In this document: in pieces, positions 1 through 11,779 of the stretch
Layout of the letters: each line of letters opens with the position of its first letter
Position numbering within the stretch: the stretch's first letter is position 1
NCBI GenBank assembly: GCA_965235115.1
Contig: OZ249437.1
Location: 47,678,001-47,742,000, forward strand
Source of the DNA: Laetmonice hystrix
Lineage: Eukaryota
Length of the DNA stretch: 64,000 bases
Direction of reading: 5' to 3'
Program-made: the position numbers and the translations under genes
The notes under the pieces: generated by a model
What the model was told of the DNA's origin: nothing
Databases searched by the model: none
Seen by the model: the letters and a program-made list of their open reading frames with translations, nothing else

Positions 1-60
1 GAAGGCAGTGCTGTGTGTAAAATGGTCAACTGCAGAGGAATTTATACTAGCCACTGGCAG
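1..60 (+). CDS. ERCC8: ERCC8/CSA (WD40 DNA excision repair protein), internal exon, 5'-truncated by the window edge
   Basis: Translates KAVLCVKWSTAEEFILATGS, a WD40 repeat end resembling ERCC8 ILAVSWSP..YILATAS. GT donor at 61; phase 2 matches the next exon. Confidence 0.85.
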
Positions 61-461
61 GTAGGGAACAGGCAATTGTGCTGATCTACTGGTACATCCG
101 GAATAACAATTCATTTCAAATAAGTTTGTGGTGTTTTTATATTGAAAGGACATCCAAATGTGATTAAAATAGTGGCAGATTTGTAATCAATCAAAACCGT
201 TTGTGGTTTTTGTGGGTCATCTGTACATTAGATGGTTACCGGTAAATGAAAAGGGAAGCTCTTTTCTAAAAGAGAAAACTTTCCATCAAAAGTCAGAGGA
301 CAATTAATTATTGATTAATATGGCCTAATGAATAACGTTAAAATGCCTTCAAACAATTTTCTGGGTTTTTTTTATTTTGTTTTTCAGTTTTTAATTTTTG
401 AGATTGGTGAGCATAAATAATGTGATAGAAAAGTGAAGGGTATTGAATGTATTGTTTTCAG

Positions 462-562
462 TGAAGACAGTCGTGTTTTGATGTGGGATATCCGTAGTGC
501 CAAAGGTAATTTACGAACACTTGACCAACACAATGGTGACACAACAGCAGGACCACACTCAG
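462..562 (+). CDS. ERCC8: ERCC8/CSA internal exon (101 bp)
   Basis: Acceptor ttgttttcAG at 460-461, donor GTaatc at 563. Encodes EDSRVLMWDIRSAKGNLRTLDQHNG, matching the ERCC8 motif [24 protein letters not shown] as I recall it. Confidence 0.92.
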
Positions 563-1003
563 GTAATCTGCTATGCTCAGAGCTGTGGAGAATACATTTG
601 CACATAATTATGGGAGGATTACACAGGATCTGGTCCCCATACGTGTTTGTAAACGGTATGCCACAACACCTGGGTTTATTTATAGTGAATATGTCACCAT
701 TTTACTAATATGGGGCCCTAAACTTAAATTTACCTTTTATTCAAATACTTGAAATACTAGGTTCTTTAAAAAGTATACCAAGTGACTCTACCCAGGGAAA
801 AAAACAGTCGTATATAAGTTACCCCCTTGATGTATACGAGCAGGGCCCTAGCTATCTGTCAAATATGAATAACCAGTGAATTAGCCGAATTTATTCTGAA
901 AGTTTCTTCGCCAATTTAAGAAACAATTTGCCAACTGAGTAGGTGTCCTAGTGCTCAGTGCTTCCCATCATTGACCAAATGTAAGTTTGTATTTTGTTTT
1001 CAG

Positions 1004-1494
1004 CAAACACAGCACACAATGGCATGGTAAATGGGTTAACATTCACACCCGATGGTCTCCACCTTCTGACCCTTGGGACGGATGAACGGTTACGACTTTG
1101 GAATGCAGCAACAGGGCAAAACACAAATGTCAATTATGGAAAGATAATGAATGAAAACCGCAAGTGTGTGAAACTTACGGTTTCCCATAACTCGACCCCA
1201 GACCTGGTGTATGTACCTGAGGACAGTAATATTATAATGTACAACCTGATGACTGGGGATAAAGTGGATACTCTACGAGGACATTATAATCAAGTCAACT
1301 GCTGCCTATTCGAACCTTTATACCAAGATCTTTTAAGTGCTGGGAATGATAGGAATATTCTTGTGTGGACACCTGAAACTTCTGCAGTAGATGCTTTTGC
1401 GACCCATCTGAAAGTGGAGCGTGCAGTGCCCCAACCAAATGGTGGGTACAGAATGGGTGCCACGGCGGACACGTGGAGTAGTGATGAGGACTGA
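1004..1494 (+). CDS. ERCC8: ERCC8/CSA terminal coding exon
   Basis: Acceptor ttttgttttcAG at 1002-1003, phase consistent. Encodes ANTAHNGMVNGLTFTPDGLHLLTLGTDERLRLWN...NVNYGK...LRGHYNQVNCCLF...SAGNDRNILVW...DTWSSDED*, collinear with the ERCC8 C-terminal WD40 repeats and acidic WSS(S)DE tail. TGA at 1492-1494. Confidence 0.95.
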
Positions 1495-4400
1495 TCGGGG
1501 TTGGTGTGGGTGTGTGTGTGTGGGGGGGGGGGGGGGGGGGGGAGTATGCTAGTACGGTACTATTGTTAATTTATGAATGGCTATGATAACTGCAGATTCC
1601 AGTTTTTACTGTCTTCCGACCTCCAGCAGTGCTTATAAACGTAATTACAACTCATACATGATGCGAACCATTGGTAACGTTAAAGGTATTGTATTATGAA
1701 CAGTTGAAACTCTCACAACATGCTAAGGACTTCCACATGTAACAAACTGCCCCAGCCTGGCACCATTGCACAATCTGGAAACGTTTGTCAGTTATCTATG
1801 ACATCAACCTCAATGGAAGATTAAGGTCAAGAGAAGAAGAAATATATACGTCCAGGAGTATATCTGTTATTTTTTAAATTGTACATATGTAATAGTAAAT
1901 GTATATTTGTACTAATGTAGTCCAACTTTGTTTTGCCTTCCCACCAAATATGAGGCAACCACGACGCCACCTACTGGTGATGACTGATTATAGCCATCAA
2001 TATGTGCTGCCATCTAGCGTAGATCCTTTGAAACCCACAACCGCAGTCTAGGACCCGCGACAAATTACACGTACATGTGTACTTGTTTCTCTTGTGAGAG
2101 CTAGTTCCGTCTCCTCAGTCGTTTTTTTAACGATAAAAAAGAAATCCATAAAATCAGAGGGGTAAGCATGGATGTGAAGCACAAGTAGGCCTAATTTGCT
2201 AATTTCAACACTAATCCTGTTCGTTTGACACGTAATCTTGCAGTAGTTGCCCTTTCCCATGTCGGCAATATGTAACTACAAATATCCTAACGTATGAAAT
2301 GATGTGTTAGAACACACGGCGTGCATACATTCTCTCTGCATGGACAACTTCTAATATCGTAATGAACTTCATCACTGAAGCTGTACACGCGTCATGATTG
2401 ATGGATGTCCCGCCATTATTTGATAACATTTAAGTGGCGATGGCTTAAAGCGTGCCCCTATTAAAAAGAAGAACCTCTGGCGTTGAAAAAGATTGATTAC
2501 GCGAGCTCTGTGTAAATAAGCTAATGCATCATAGCGCCCGACAAGAGTCTGAACAGTGGCTGGACAAAAAAAACCGCAGCAGTGCAACAGCAACGTCATT
2601 GTGCAACTAAAATAACACCAAAATCTTTCCTTCTTTAATATGAACTGATCATTATGTTTGAGCAATCACCACCTGTGGGCAATGACCTACACCCAATGCC
2701 AAACTCCTCTACATGAACAAGTTTTGCTTGACAACTTTCCTTGACGGGTGATGTGCCCGTGTAGATTACCACCAAGTTTTCGTCGCTCATAGCCCAGTTT
2801 TCTCGTTCAAAGCGAGCACAACCAGCGTTTTAACGAGTGGGAATTGACGAGGGAAACTTGTTACTTTTCTTTTTTCTACATAGGCACAGTGAAGACTTGT
2901 GGGGGAAAACTTGTTCGTGTGGAAGAGGCTGTACTCGGGATGGATGTGCTCGTACAGAATAGCTACGGATAACAATGGACGGAAGCATTCGTTAAACTTT
3001 CCCACAACAAGTGGGAAACTATACTATCCAGTCTGCGTCAGAATCTATGGATCTATTAAACTTGTGCCGTTTGATCTGCCATGTTTCAGTTTTTATAACA
3101 TTAGTCGGTGACACACAGCCGCCTTCAGTCCCACACGACATCAACCTGACACTGCAGGAGTAACTGACGAAATGCTCGTCTTTACGCGCCAGACAGTTGC
3201 ACAAAGAATTTACCTAAGCTCATTGCATTGACCTTTACAAAACGTGGCATGAGGCAGCTTGCAGATAATGCCCTTCCGAGACATAGTGCGTTCCTTTTAG
3301 AAAAATGATAAGCCCCAACTTAAAATCATCGAATATTTGTAGGCCTTTTATCACGCATGTAAAGGACGTCAAAGCTACAAAATCTGGCTTGATCCATGAT
3401 GGCCTATAGGGCCTTGCTTATTTCAGTTAGTATGATTCTAATTTGCAGGATAAATTTTACATTTCTCCTGCATTTCTCGACGAATTCATTCCCAAATATC
3501 TGCCTTTTTAAAATGGAACTTTGTCTTACGATAATTCAAACACTGGAACAGTCTATGTGCAACTTCCTCATGCCTGATTTAAAATAATAGTCAAAACGGA
3601 ATTGAATAATGACTAATTGGGAATTACTCTTTGCGATTAGTTGAATATGATTCATGATTAATGTTTCTGATTAATGGACGTGTCGTTCTCAGTATACGAC
3701 AGAGCCTAGTTGTGTAGAAATAGCAACAATGCGAAAACTTACTCCTTCCCGATAATCCTACCTTGGTTAGTCATTGTAATAATGTTACAATCATAGCATT
3801 CAGTAAAACTTCTGCCTGCAGATGGTCAGGCTTATACACTCGAGTAGTACTTCAGTAGGAAAAGAGCAGTCAATGCCCTAATCCATTAAGTCTAGAAAAT
3901 TGAAAAGAAAAAAAAAACTTTCAAGATCGTTCCAGGACAAAAAGAAATCCACTACACTAAAAGGCTTCTAACGAATTGTTATCTCCAGTTCCCGCAAGGA
4001 ATAAGGTAATATTAATTTCAGTATAATCTTCTAAATGCGATTACGCGCATTGTATTGCCATTTAGGCACATGTAATTTCGAATCTTGGTAATTACTTTTG
4101 TTGGGGATGAAACAGGCAAATGGCCGTTAAAAACTTCAAGAAGCTGCATGCCAATGTAGGCCACCTAAGATGGACGCTGAAACCAAATGTGTATGAAACG
4201 TGCCCTGTCAACCATATAGGCTTTAAACGTAATGAAGATGCATTAATTGAATCCGTGTAAATATAGATATGAATGCTGAAATGGAGGTCCTTCCGGAAAA
4301 TCTGCTTTAATAATTTATGTTAGTGTGAGTATTACTCCGATCACAATACATGTACAAATGTACTGTGGTATTCTCCAAACCAAATAGCCTATAACTCATC

Positions 4401-5924
4401 TGGCCAACACACAGTGTCTTCAGTAAATCTGCCGTGTCCGCGGTGGTAATCCTACGGGAGATAATGTCAAACAGTTTCGACCAGAGTGCAGCCAGAGCGC
4501 AACCAAACGGCCATCGTTCCTGACAAATGTATCGGACATGCGTCCATTTCAAATTCTACCATTTCTGTTCTACTATCACACGAAAGGTGGCGCCACGGAA
4601 TAGAACCACCGTCTGCTTGTGGCCTCAGTGGTCAAGCGGAGGGGGCGCGTTTGGGTTTGAGGTTCACAAGAAAAAAAATCTCCAAAAAGCAAGATAAAAA
4701 AGGACTTGCAAAAGGACACGAGTTTGCACGCCTACATTCCACTGGATCCGTCAATTTATCTATTATGGAATATGTCAATCTTGTCACCAAACCAACCAGA
4801 CCCAGTAGTGTATGGAAATGGGACACCAACTCGGGTACGGAGACAGAACTATGGCAAGTCATTTCTGTGCTCAGAATTAGAACATGTGAAACGTCATGGC
4901 GCTTTTCATGGCACATTTTAATATTGGATCGTGATAATTATAGACCTACAGAAATATCGGTATATGAAATAACCATAACTAATTAACGAGTATAGGCCTA
5001 TTACCTGATGAATATATCGAAATGACTATGAGAGTAGTGCTGAAATGCAAATAGGTGTAATTTATATTTCATTCTTCAGCAAACTTACCTACATTGATGG
5101 CTTCTCTCAAACATGCATGGGACTAAATGTGACTTTTACGCACTCAAATAACCTAAAATAACTGGAAATAAACAGCAGCTCACGCACCAGTTTCTGTAAA
5201 TTCTATTTTATTACCTTGCAAATACAAAAAGGGTGGGTATAGAAAAATGACTGATGTACAATAAAACCTGACGAAAATACACTTATACATAACAAGACGA
5301 CGTTTCTTTAATGGACAAGTAAACAAGTAGACAGGACAAGGCTATTGTCGACAATATCCAGCAGTGCTGGACAGAGATTGTAAGTCTGTCATTAGTTCTA
5401 GTCCTATTGTCTTGGTCAGTCGTGTCCTTACTCTTCTTACAGTAATGTTTTGACGTATTTAAGGTTTCTAAGTGAACAAAACATGATATTTCAACATGAC
5501 ATCCTCTCCACGTACCTGATATGAATTTAACTCGACTGTCGGGACTGACACGAATACGGGATGGACCTAAACTTCACCACAAAATTGGAAAAAATGAATT
5601 CCCACATTCGCGTCTATAATGGAAACTCGATACAACGGTTGGCTGATGTATCAGTCATCCCATTGCGTGGCGCCGGCTGTAAAAGTCTGCATAGAGAGCC
5701 ACATGTACGTTTCCCTGTGGACTCTCCTTGTGCCCTCAACATCAGCTTTGTGGCGCCAGTTTAACAGCCGTCACTGGCGAGCCGGCTAGACTGGAATAAT
5801 AGAGTACTTGTTATGTTGTCATTATCACACAGGGTTCGGGCGACACGTGCTCGGTACCAACTTGTGAGGTCGGTACTAGTCTCTCGGTGTCGCTCCGTAT
5901 GGATCCGTGTCGCTCCGTGTTGCC

Positions 5925-6495
5925 CCTCCCCGGCCACCGACACCGCGGGAGGCCGCTACGTCCGACGCGCTGTCTTGCCTGGTGTCGGAGTGTCGTGTTG
6001 GGACTCCCCGTGCTGCCCTCCCCCTCCCCTCCCCGGCCACCGACACCGCGGGAGGCCGCTACGTCCGACGCGCTGTCTTGCCTGGTGTCGGAGTGTCGTG
6101 TTGGTGCTCCCCGTGCTGCCCCCTCCCCCTCCCCGGCCACCGACACCGCGGGAGGCCGCTACGTCCGACGCGCTGTCTTGCCTGGTGTCGGAGTGTCGTG
6201 TTGGTGCTCCCCGTGCTACCCCTCCCCCTCCCCGGCCACCGACACCGCGGGAGGCCGCTACGTCCGACGCGCCGTCTTGCCTGGTGTCGGAGTGTCGTGT
6301 TGGGACTCCCCGTGCTGCCCTCCCCCTCCCCGGCCACCGACACCGCGGGAGGCCGCTACGTCCGACGCGCTGTCTTGCCTGGTGTCGGAGTGTCGTGCTG
6401 GGACTCCCCGTGCTGCCCCCCCCCTCCCCGGCCACCGACGCCGCGGGAGGCCGCTACGTCCGACGCGCTCTCTTGCCTGGTGTCGGAGTGTCGCG
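5925..6495. repeat. GC-rich minisatellite, ~98-103-bp unit, ~6 copies
   Basis: CGGCCACCGAC recurs at 5931, 6034, 6134, 6233, 6331 and 6429. Unit length varies through a C-rich linker. Confidence 0.95.
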
Positions 6496-6662
6496 GTCGC
6501 CGCGTGTGTTGGGACTCTCGGCCACTGCCTGCCGGGTACGTTTGCGTTGTTCCCTCTTGGGGGAATCCTCCGCCTCCTGCGCCTTGGTCACGTGGGAGGG
6601 CGTGCTTGACGCTTCCTTCTCCCGGCCGCCTTTCCCTTTACCATGGCCGTGGCTTGGGGTTG
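6454..6662 (-). CDS. Terminal coding exon of an unidentified minus-strand gene (basic, S/T-P-rich, NLS-like tail)
   Basis: Minus-strand acceptor attattatttcAG (plus 6663-6664). 209 bp = 2 + 69 codons ending in TAG (plus cta 6454-6456). Reads TPSHGHGKGKGGREKEASSTPSHVTKAQEAEDSPKREQRKRTRQAVAESPNTRGDRDTPTPGKRARRT*. Confidence 0.6.
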
Positions 6663-7260
6663 CTGAAATAATAATGGGAGAAAAAAGATTGTTATTTCAT
6701 GACATCCTGGTTATAATGGACCCCAAATGCATCTTCGCCTAAATAGGGATAATCCTGACTAGAAAAGGCAGAGAAATAGTGTTTTTTGTTCTATAATAAA
6801 TGGATGACATTCTATGGGAACATTAACATTACCAGGTACCTAATTCTCACGTTTTAATGCCATTATTTCTACGCAAATCAGCATGAATTTGATCCGGTTT
6901 AGAAAACTGACATGAGCGTAATACCAAGGTAACACTTCCTTGCCAAGAAGATTGATCACAGCGAACGACCTACACCTAACGAATAGCGACTTGGCCGCTC
7001 CCAGGGTCTGGCATGGTAATCAGGCACTCCACCTGATTACCATCACATCGGATCAACTTGTGCATGGTGTCGTATGTCCACACTTAGGTACCATAGCGAC
7101 CATTGTCCACGTGACCCTCATAGGTTTGGTCACACACCTGAGAAAGGCGACACTATAAGAACGCGTGGCGGCCTATATTTCCCACATGGAACTGAATTAG
7201 GCCCACAGTGGATTCCATGTGGGTTATTACACCTACCCTACAATTTCTGACAATGCCATC

Positions 7261-7339
7261 CTTGACCCCTGCTCCCTGAGCTCCATTAAACCTGACCTTG
7301 ACCCCTGCTCCCTGAGCTCCATTAAACCTGACCTTGACC
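7261..7339. repeat. 36-bp tandem duplication (2.2 copies)
   Basis: CTTGACCCCTGCTCCCTGAGCTCCATTAAACCTGAC at 7261 and 7297. Confidence 0.9.
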
Positions 7340-7512
7340 ATTGGTCACACATTGAGCGGAGTGTTTTTGGACAGGAGTTTGATGTTGGGCAGTAAGGTTT
7401 TGATTCCGGGAGGTTGACCTCGTGTTATTCATGCCATGAGCACCAGCTGACGTCTCCATGCAGTGTCAGGGGTCTATGGTGGTTGGTCTGACGGTCACGT
7501 CAGGGCGTGGCC

Positions 7513-8212
7513 CTTAACCTGTCTTGTAGGTCAGTCGGTCGTTAACCTGTCTTGTAGGTCAGTCGGCCGTTAACCTGTCTTGTAGGTCAGTCGGCCCTTA
7601 ACCTGTCTTGTAGGTCAGTCGGCCGTTATCCTGTCTTGTAGGTCAGTCGGCCGTTATCCTGTCTTGTAGGTCAGTCGGCCGTTATCCTGTCTTGTAGGTC
7701 AGTCGGCCGTTAACCTGTCTTGTAGGTTAGTCGGCCGTTAACCTGTCTTGGAGGTTAGTCGGCCGTTATCCTGTCTTGTAGGTTAGTCGGCCGTTAACCT
7801 GTCTTGTAGGTTAGTCGGCCGTTAACCTGTCTTGTAGGTCAGTCGGCCGTTAACCTGTCTTGTAGGTCAGTCGGCCGTTAACCTGTCTTGTAGGTCAGTC
7901 GGCCGTTAACCTGTCTTGTAGGTCAGTCGGCCGTTATCCTGTCTTGTAGGTCAGTCGGCCGTTAACCTGTCTTGTAGGTCAGTCGGCCGTTAACCTGTCT
8001 TGTAGGTCAGTCGGCCGTTAACCTGTCTTGTAGGTCAGTCGGCCGTTAGCCTGTCTTGTAGGTTAGTCGGCCGTTAACCTGTCTTGTAGGTCAGTCGGCC
8101 CTTAACCTGTCTTGTAGGTCAGTCGGCCGTTATCCTGTCTTGTAGGTCAGTCGGTCGTTAACCTGTCTTGTAGGTCAGTCGGCCGTTAACCTGTCTTGGA
8201 GGTCAGTCGGCC
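7513..8212. repeat. 28-bp minisatellite, ~25 copies
   Basis: Unit GTTAACCTGTCTTGTAGGTCAGTCGGCC with period 28 (e.g. 7541, 7569). Confidence 0.97.
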
Positions 8213-8940
8213 CCAGACGATCCTTTTATACCTAACCTACACTATGACGTCCCGATTGCCTGAATTCGGGACGTGATTGTGCCCCAGTGGGTCATAGCGA
8301 GTCGGGACCCAGTCGGCACGAAGCACTTCCGATCGCCTCCCGATTCAATATAAAAAATGTTTGATATTAACATTTTTTATCTGTGCCGATCGCCTCAAGC
8401 CGAACAGTCGCCGACTCGATCGTCTCCCGATCGCGATGTTCGTGGTTGTGCGACATGACCTTAACCTCGTCTCGACATCATGCTGTCATGCAATATCCAC
8501 AATAATACACAGGCAAGTCAATACAGTAACTGTGTGACAGTGTGAAAACTCTGTGCCAGATGTGGTGCTGGCACACTCTAAAAACAGATTGGTTAAAACA
8601 ACCAGGATCCTGGTTAGAATCAACCAATCTTCTGCATGGATATGTGGCCAATCAATCTCATGGTCAAAATAACCAATCCAATATCGTTACCCTATTAACC
8701 ACATGTGGATTGGTCGTTTGTTGACCAATATGCACCGTCATCACAACCATTATTTTGGTTAATACCCAGCAGGCAAAACTCATGAATTTCCCGTGAAATA
8801 CACGTGCATATGACCCGTGGAATACCCCTGTATGTAATTTAAAGGAGTAATCCACGTGGATATGTTTATTTCATTTTAGCCATGATATCGCCGTCATGGT
8901 TGAGTGGTTACTGAATCCGAGAACCGTATGCCTTCTGGGC

Positions 8941-9012
8941 GCTGCTGGTGGAATTCGAACCGTGGATGTCCTGATCATATATAGGTCTGCGTCTCTGCCC
9001 ATTCGGCCACGC
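8941..9012 (-). pseudogene. tRNA-like / tRNA-derived SINE-head fragment
   Basis: Minus strand has A-box-like TGGCCGAATGG and B-box GGTTCGAATTCC at tRNA-like spacing. No convincing acceptor or anticodon stems. Confidence 0.45.
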
Positions 9013-9218
9013 TTGTAACTTGTATCTTGCACGGTTGAAATCCTGTTTTTCCTCGTGTTGCTATCAATAAACCCCCGAGCGTTAGCGAGGGGGTTTATTG
9101 ATAGCCTCCCTCGGTTGATTATTTTTTCTCGAAAGAAACCAAGGAGTTCTAGACACAAAATTAACTTCTTATGTAAATAAATTGTTGAAAGTGAACAAAG
9201 AGTCTAGAGGGGTGTTCA

Positions 9219-9258
9219 TAGCCTGGTCCCCTGCCTACCAGACCTGGGGACCAGGCTA
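9219..9258. mobile_element. 40-bp hairpin mini-element with 9-bp target-site duplication
   Basis: TAGCCTGGTCCCC...GGGGACCAGGCTA, flanked by GGGTGTTCA at 9210-9218 and 9259-9267. Confidence 0.7.
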
Positions 9259-10643
9259 GGGTGTTCAGGGAACACGAGGCCCGTCGACTGGGTGTGCGAG
9301 ATTGATCAGTGACCAAGTTTTATTGGTTGAAACTGAAACCAAACATATTGGTTAGCTGCTAATGCACTGTATTGGTCAAAATGTATCAAGGTGCTTGGTT
9401 CAAACAACCAATATACGGCTAATCAACCATATTGGTTATTTTGTTAACCAATCTGTTTTTAGAGTGCAGATTAGTAATAATCATACGTGTGTATGTTTTT
9501 GAGTGTGTGATGCAGTTACTTTAGTGGAATTGAAATTCTCAGATTACATCTAATTCTGATAAAGTTATGATATTAAAGCAGCCACAAAAGAATATAACGA
9601 CGCGGGCAACGACAAGATATAATGTGCCTTTCACGCCTAGCTATCATGATGTATAAATATGATCATGCACTGGCCCGGGAGAAAAATAAAATAGCATGAC
9701 TCCAATATAGGATTCTACGGCCTGTAGAGTTTACATTTCGAACCAGCGAGCCGATGGTAATGACGTCAGCGACTTCCCATAAAACATACTACCGGTACTA
9801 CTTCCGGGGAATCGCCACGTGTGTTTGAGTACACCCACACGCCCTATGATCATTTAACAGGTTACAGATAATGGGTAAGGCTGATTCATACTGAACGCAA
9901 TGTTGTTATATATTTTTGTCACCTTTAACGGGAAGTTTATAACAAAAGGCTCTGAAAGCGGAGTTATCAAATACTTCAGAGTAAACAAAACTATTATATT
10001 AATGAAAAATAAGAAGCGGTTTGTGATAATGGGTAATTCAGTAATTCGATAATTACTATCAACAATGCTAACGTCAGCAGTTTCACAATCACACGACTCT
10101 CGTCGGCCATTACCCGGAGCGACTTGCTTAACGTGACACTCTACGGATCCTTCATTGGATACGGCCAACACTTCTGGGCGAAAACGTAGTTTTCTCTGCT
10201 GACAGAGGGCTATAATTCAACTGTATTTCCTTTTGTCTGTACTACTGATTGTAGTAAGAATTAGGGCCTCCATGCCAGGCAAACATTAACACGATTGACA
10301 GCTGAACTTTCAGAGTCAGCTTCGTAAGCCCTACTTATTCTCGGTCAGGCTGTGAAGAAATTTTATTTGCATTTGTTCCTTAAAGGTAAAGGGTGACTCC
10401 TCTTTTGTACATCCACACAGGAAAACTAAATGCTGATGCACATTTTTACCTATGTTTTCAATTTGTAACTATTATGGATTTTACCAACGGTGTGACTTAG
10501 GATATGTGATATGTACATGTACATGTATTCTGAACTATGAATTACTCATAACTGTTTGGTTGAGTGACTGGCCCCAAAGCAGGGCACTTAAAGTGGGACG
10601 GTCACACTATACATCTGGTGGCAGAGAACGGTACTAATATTAA

Positions 10644-11113
10644 ACTGGCGTGATATTCAAAACAAAAAAGTAATACCAAAGTTCTAATTTTTTGTGCATG
10701 GCATAGGTTTCTATTCTTACTTTCGAGAAAATGATGGGTCAATTTAACATAGGATTCAATGGGGCAATACACCTTCTGGGATGATTTTACTTCCGTTGAA
10801 CTACTTCTGCCACTAACATTCTTCCAAATTTTACATATTCATCTCAGAACAATATCGATCATTGTAAACGAGAGAAAAAGTTAGGTCACCATTCTAATTT
10901 TTGATGTAGGGTGAGAGAGCTTTAATGCAAAAAACTGGTTCCATTGAGTTCAATGTGAAAATTGATCAATCTTTGCCCGTCTTTTTCCCGAAAATTAGCA
11001 TGGTGACCTATCATTTTTAATGTTTTATTTTGAAGCTTATACTGTCACTATGCCATACACACACAAAATTAGAACTTTGTAATTGTTTTTCATTTTTGGC
11101 CTATGACGCCAGT
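10644..11113. mobile_element. TTAA-flanked MITE (470 bp, long imperfect TIRs)
   Basis: TTAA|ACTGGCGTGA ... TGACGCCAGT|TTAA. Subterminal AAAGTTCTAATTTT..TGGCATAG is mirrored at the other end; internal GGTCACCA/TGGTGACC inverted pair. Confidence 0.7.
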
Positions 11114-11300
11114 TTAACTTTAATGCATTCACAAAAATGAGAACCCCTTTTTTTGCTCTGATTCACGTGATATTCCGTATAACATCTTACATAGATTCTC
11201 CCCTTCCTCACTGTCTCTGTGAGAGTACGAAAGAAAACGAATGCAGCATTGAAGAAATGACACCGAATGAGGTAAACGGTTTCCAGGAATATTAGTTTAA

Positions 11301-11779
11301 AGGAAATATGTCACGGGGGGTATCGACCGAAATCTTCAGTTTTCTGCTTACCTGCTAACCACTGACGTACTTTATGGCACTGATTGTTTTTCATATTGAT
11401 TCTGTTAACACATACTACGAGTAGACAGCTGTGAAATTTTCCCTAATATAGAAAAATGAATAAAAATAGCTGCAGTGTCAACAAAGTGACATTTTGGCCC
11501 CCTGTGATTACTCGAGATGTAAACACGGGACTATGATGGCCCATCCACCGATCATGTGAAAAGGGTGCAAAACACAGCCGGCTGCATATCCCGGGGTCTC
11601 GGAATCTAAGTGTGTCATTTTGAGTGACCGCATTAAGAATTGGCTTTTTTTCTTTTACAAAATACCGGCCAAAGCTACATAAACAGGTAGGGGACCTTTG
11701 GGGCATATCGGAGAACCGCAATGCAGACATATTTTTGCTGAAACACGACGTATTATTTGAAATACGTGACATATTACCT
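11301..11779. mobile_element. Kolobok-like non-autonomous element (479 bp)
   Basis: TTAA|AGGAAATATGTCACG ... CGTGACATATTACCT|TTAA: 15-bp TIR with 1 mismatch, RR..YY termini and TTAA TSD. Confidence 0.7.

Larger units (their letters stand above)
8574..9466. mobile_element. Non-autonomous CACTA/EnSpm-like DNA transposon (893 bp)
   Basis: Perfect 23-bp TIR CACTCTAAAAACAGATTGGTTAA at 8574 and its reverse complement ending 9466. 2-bp CA duplication on both flanks. Many subterminal AACCAAT/ATTGGTT motifs. CACT termini with a 2-bp TSD fit animal EnSpm elements. Confidence 0.8.

Noticed and set aside
4946-5152. Chain of minus-strand splice-like sites with 49-59-bp introns
   Set aside because: Joined exons give only very short ORFs. 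AT-rich sequence yields such sites by chance.
7513-8212. CRISPR-like appearance of the 28-48-bp arrays
   Set aside because: Units are head-to-tail with no unique spacers, there are no cas genes, and the context is eukaryotic.
8213-8464. Segment ending GTGCGACATGACC|TTAA resembling a transposon end
   Set aside because: No matching opposite terminus was found.
11352-11394. Candidate alternative first exon MKNNQCHKVRQWLA with CAG|GTAAGC donor, phase-compatible with the terminal exon
   Set aside because: It lies inside the Kolobok-like element 11301-11779 and has no other support.
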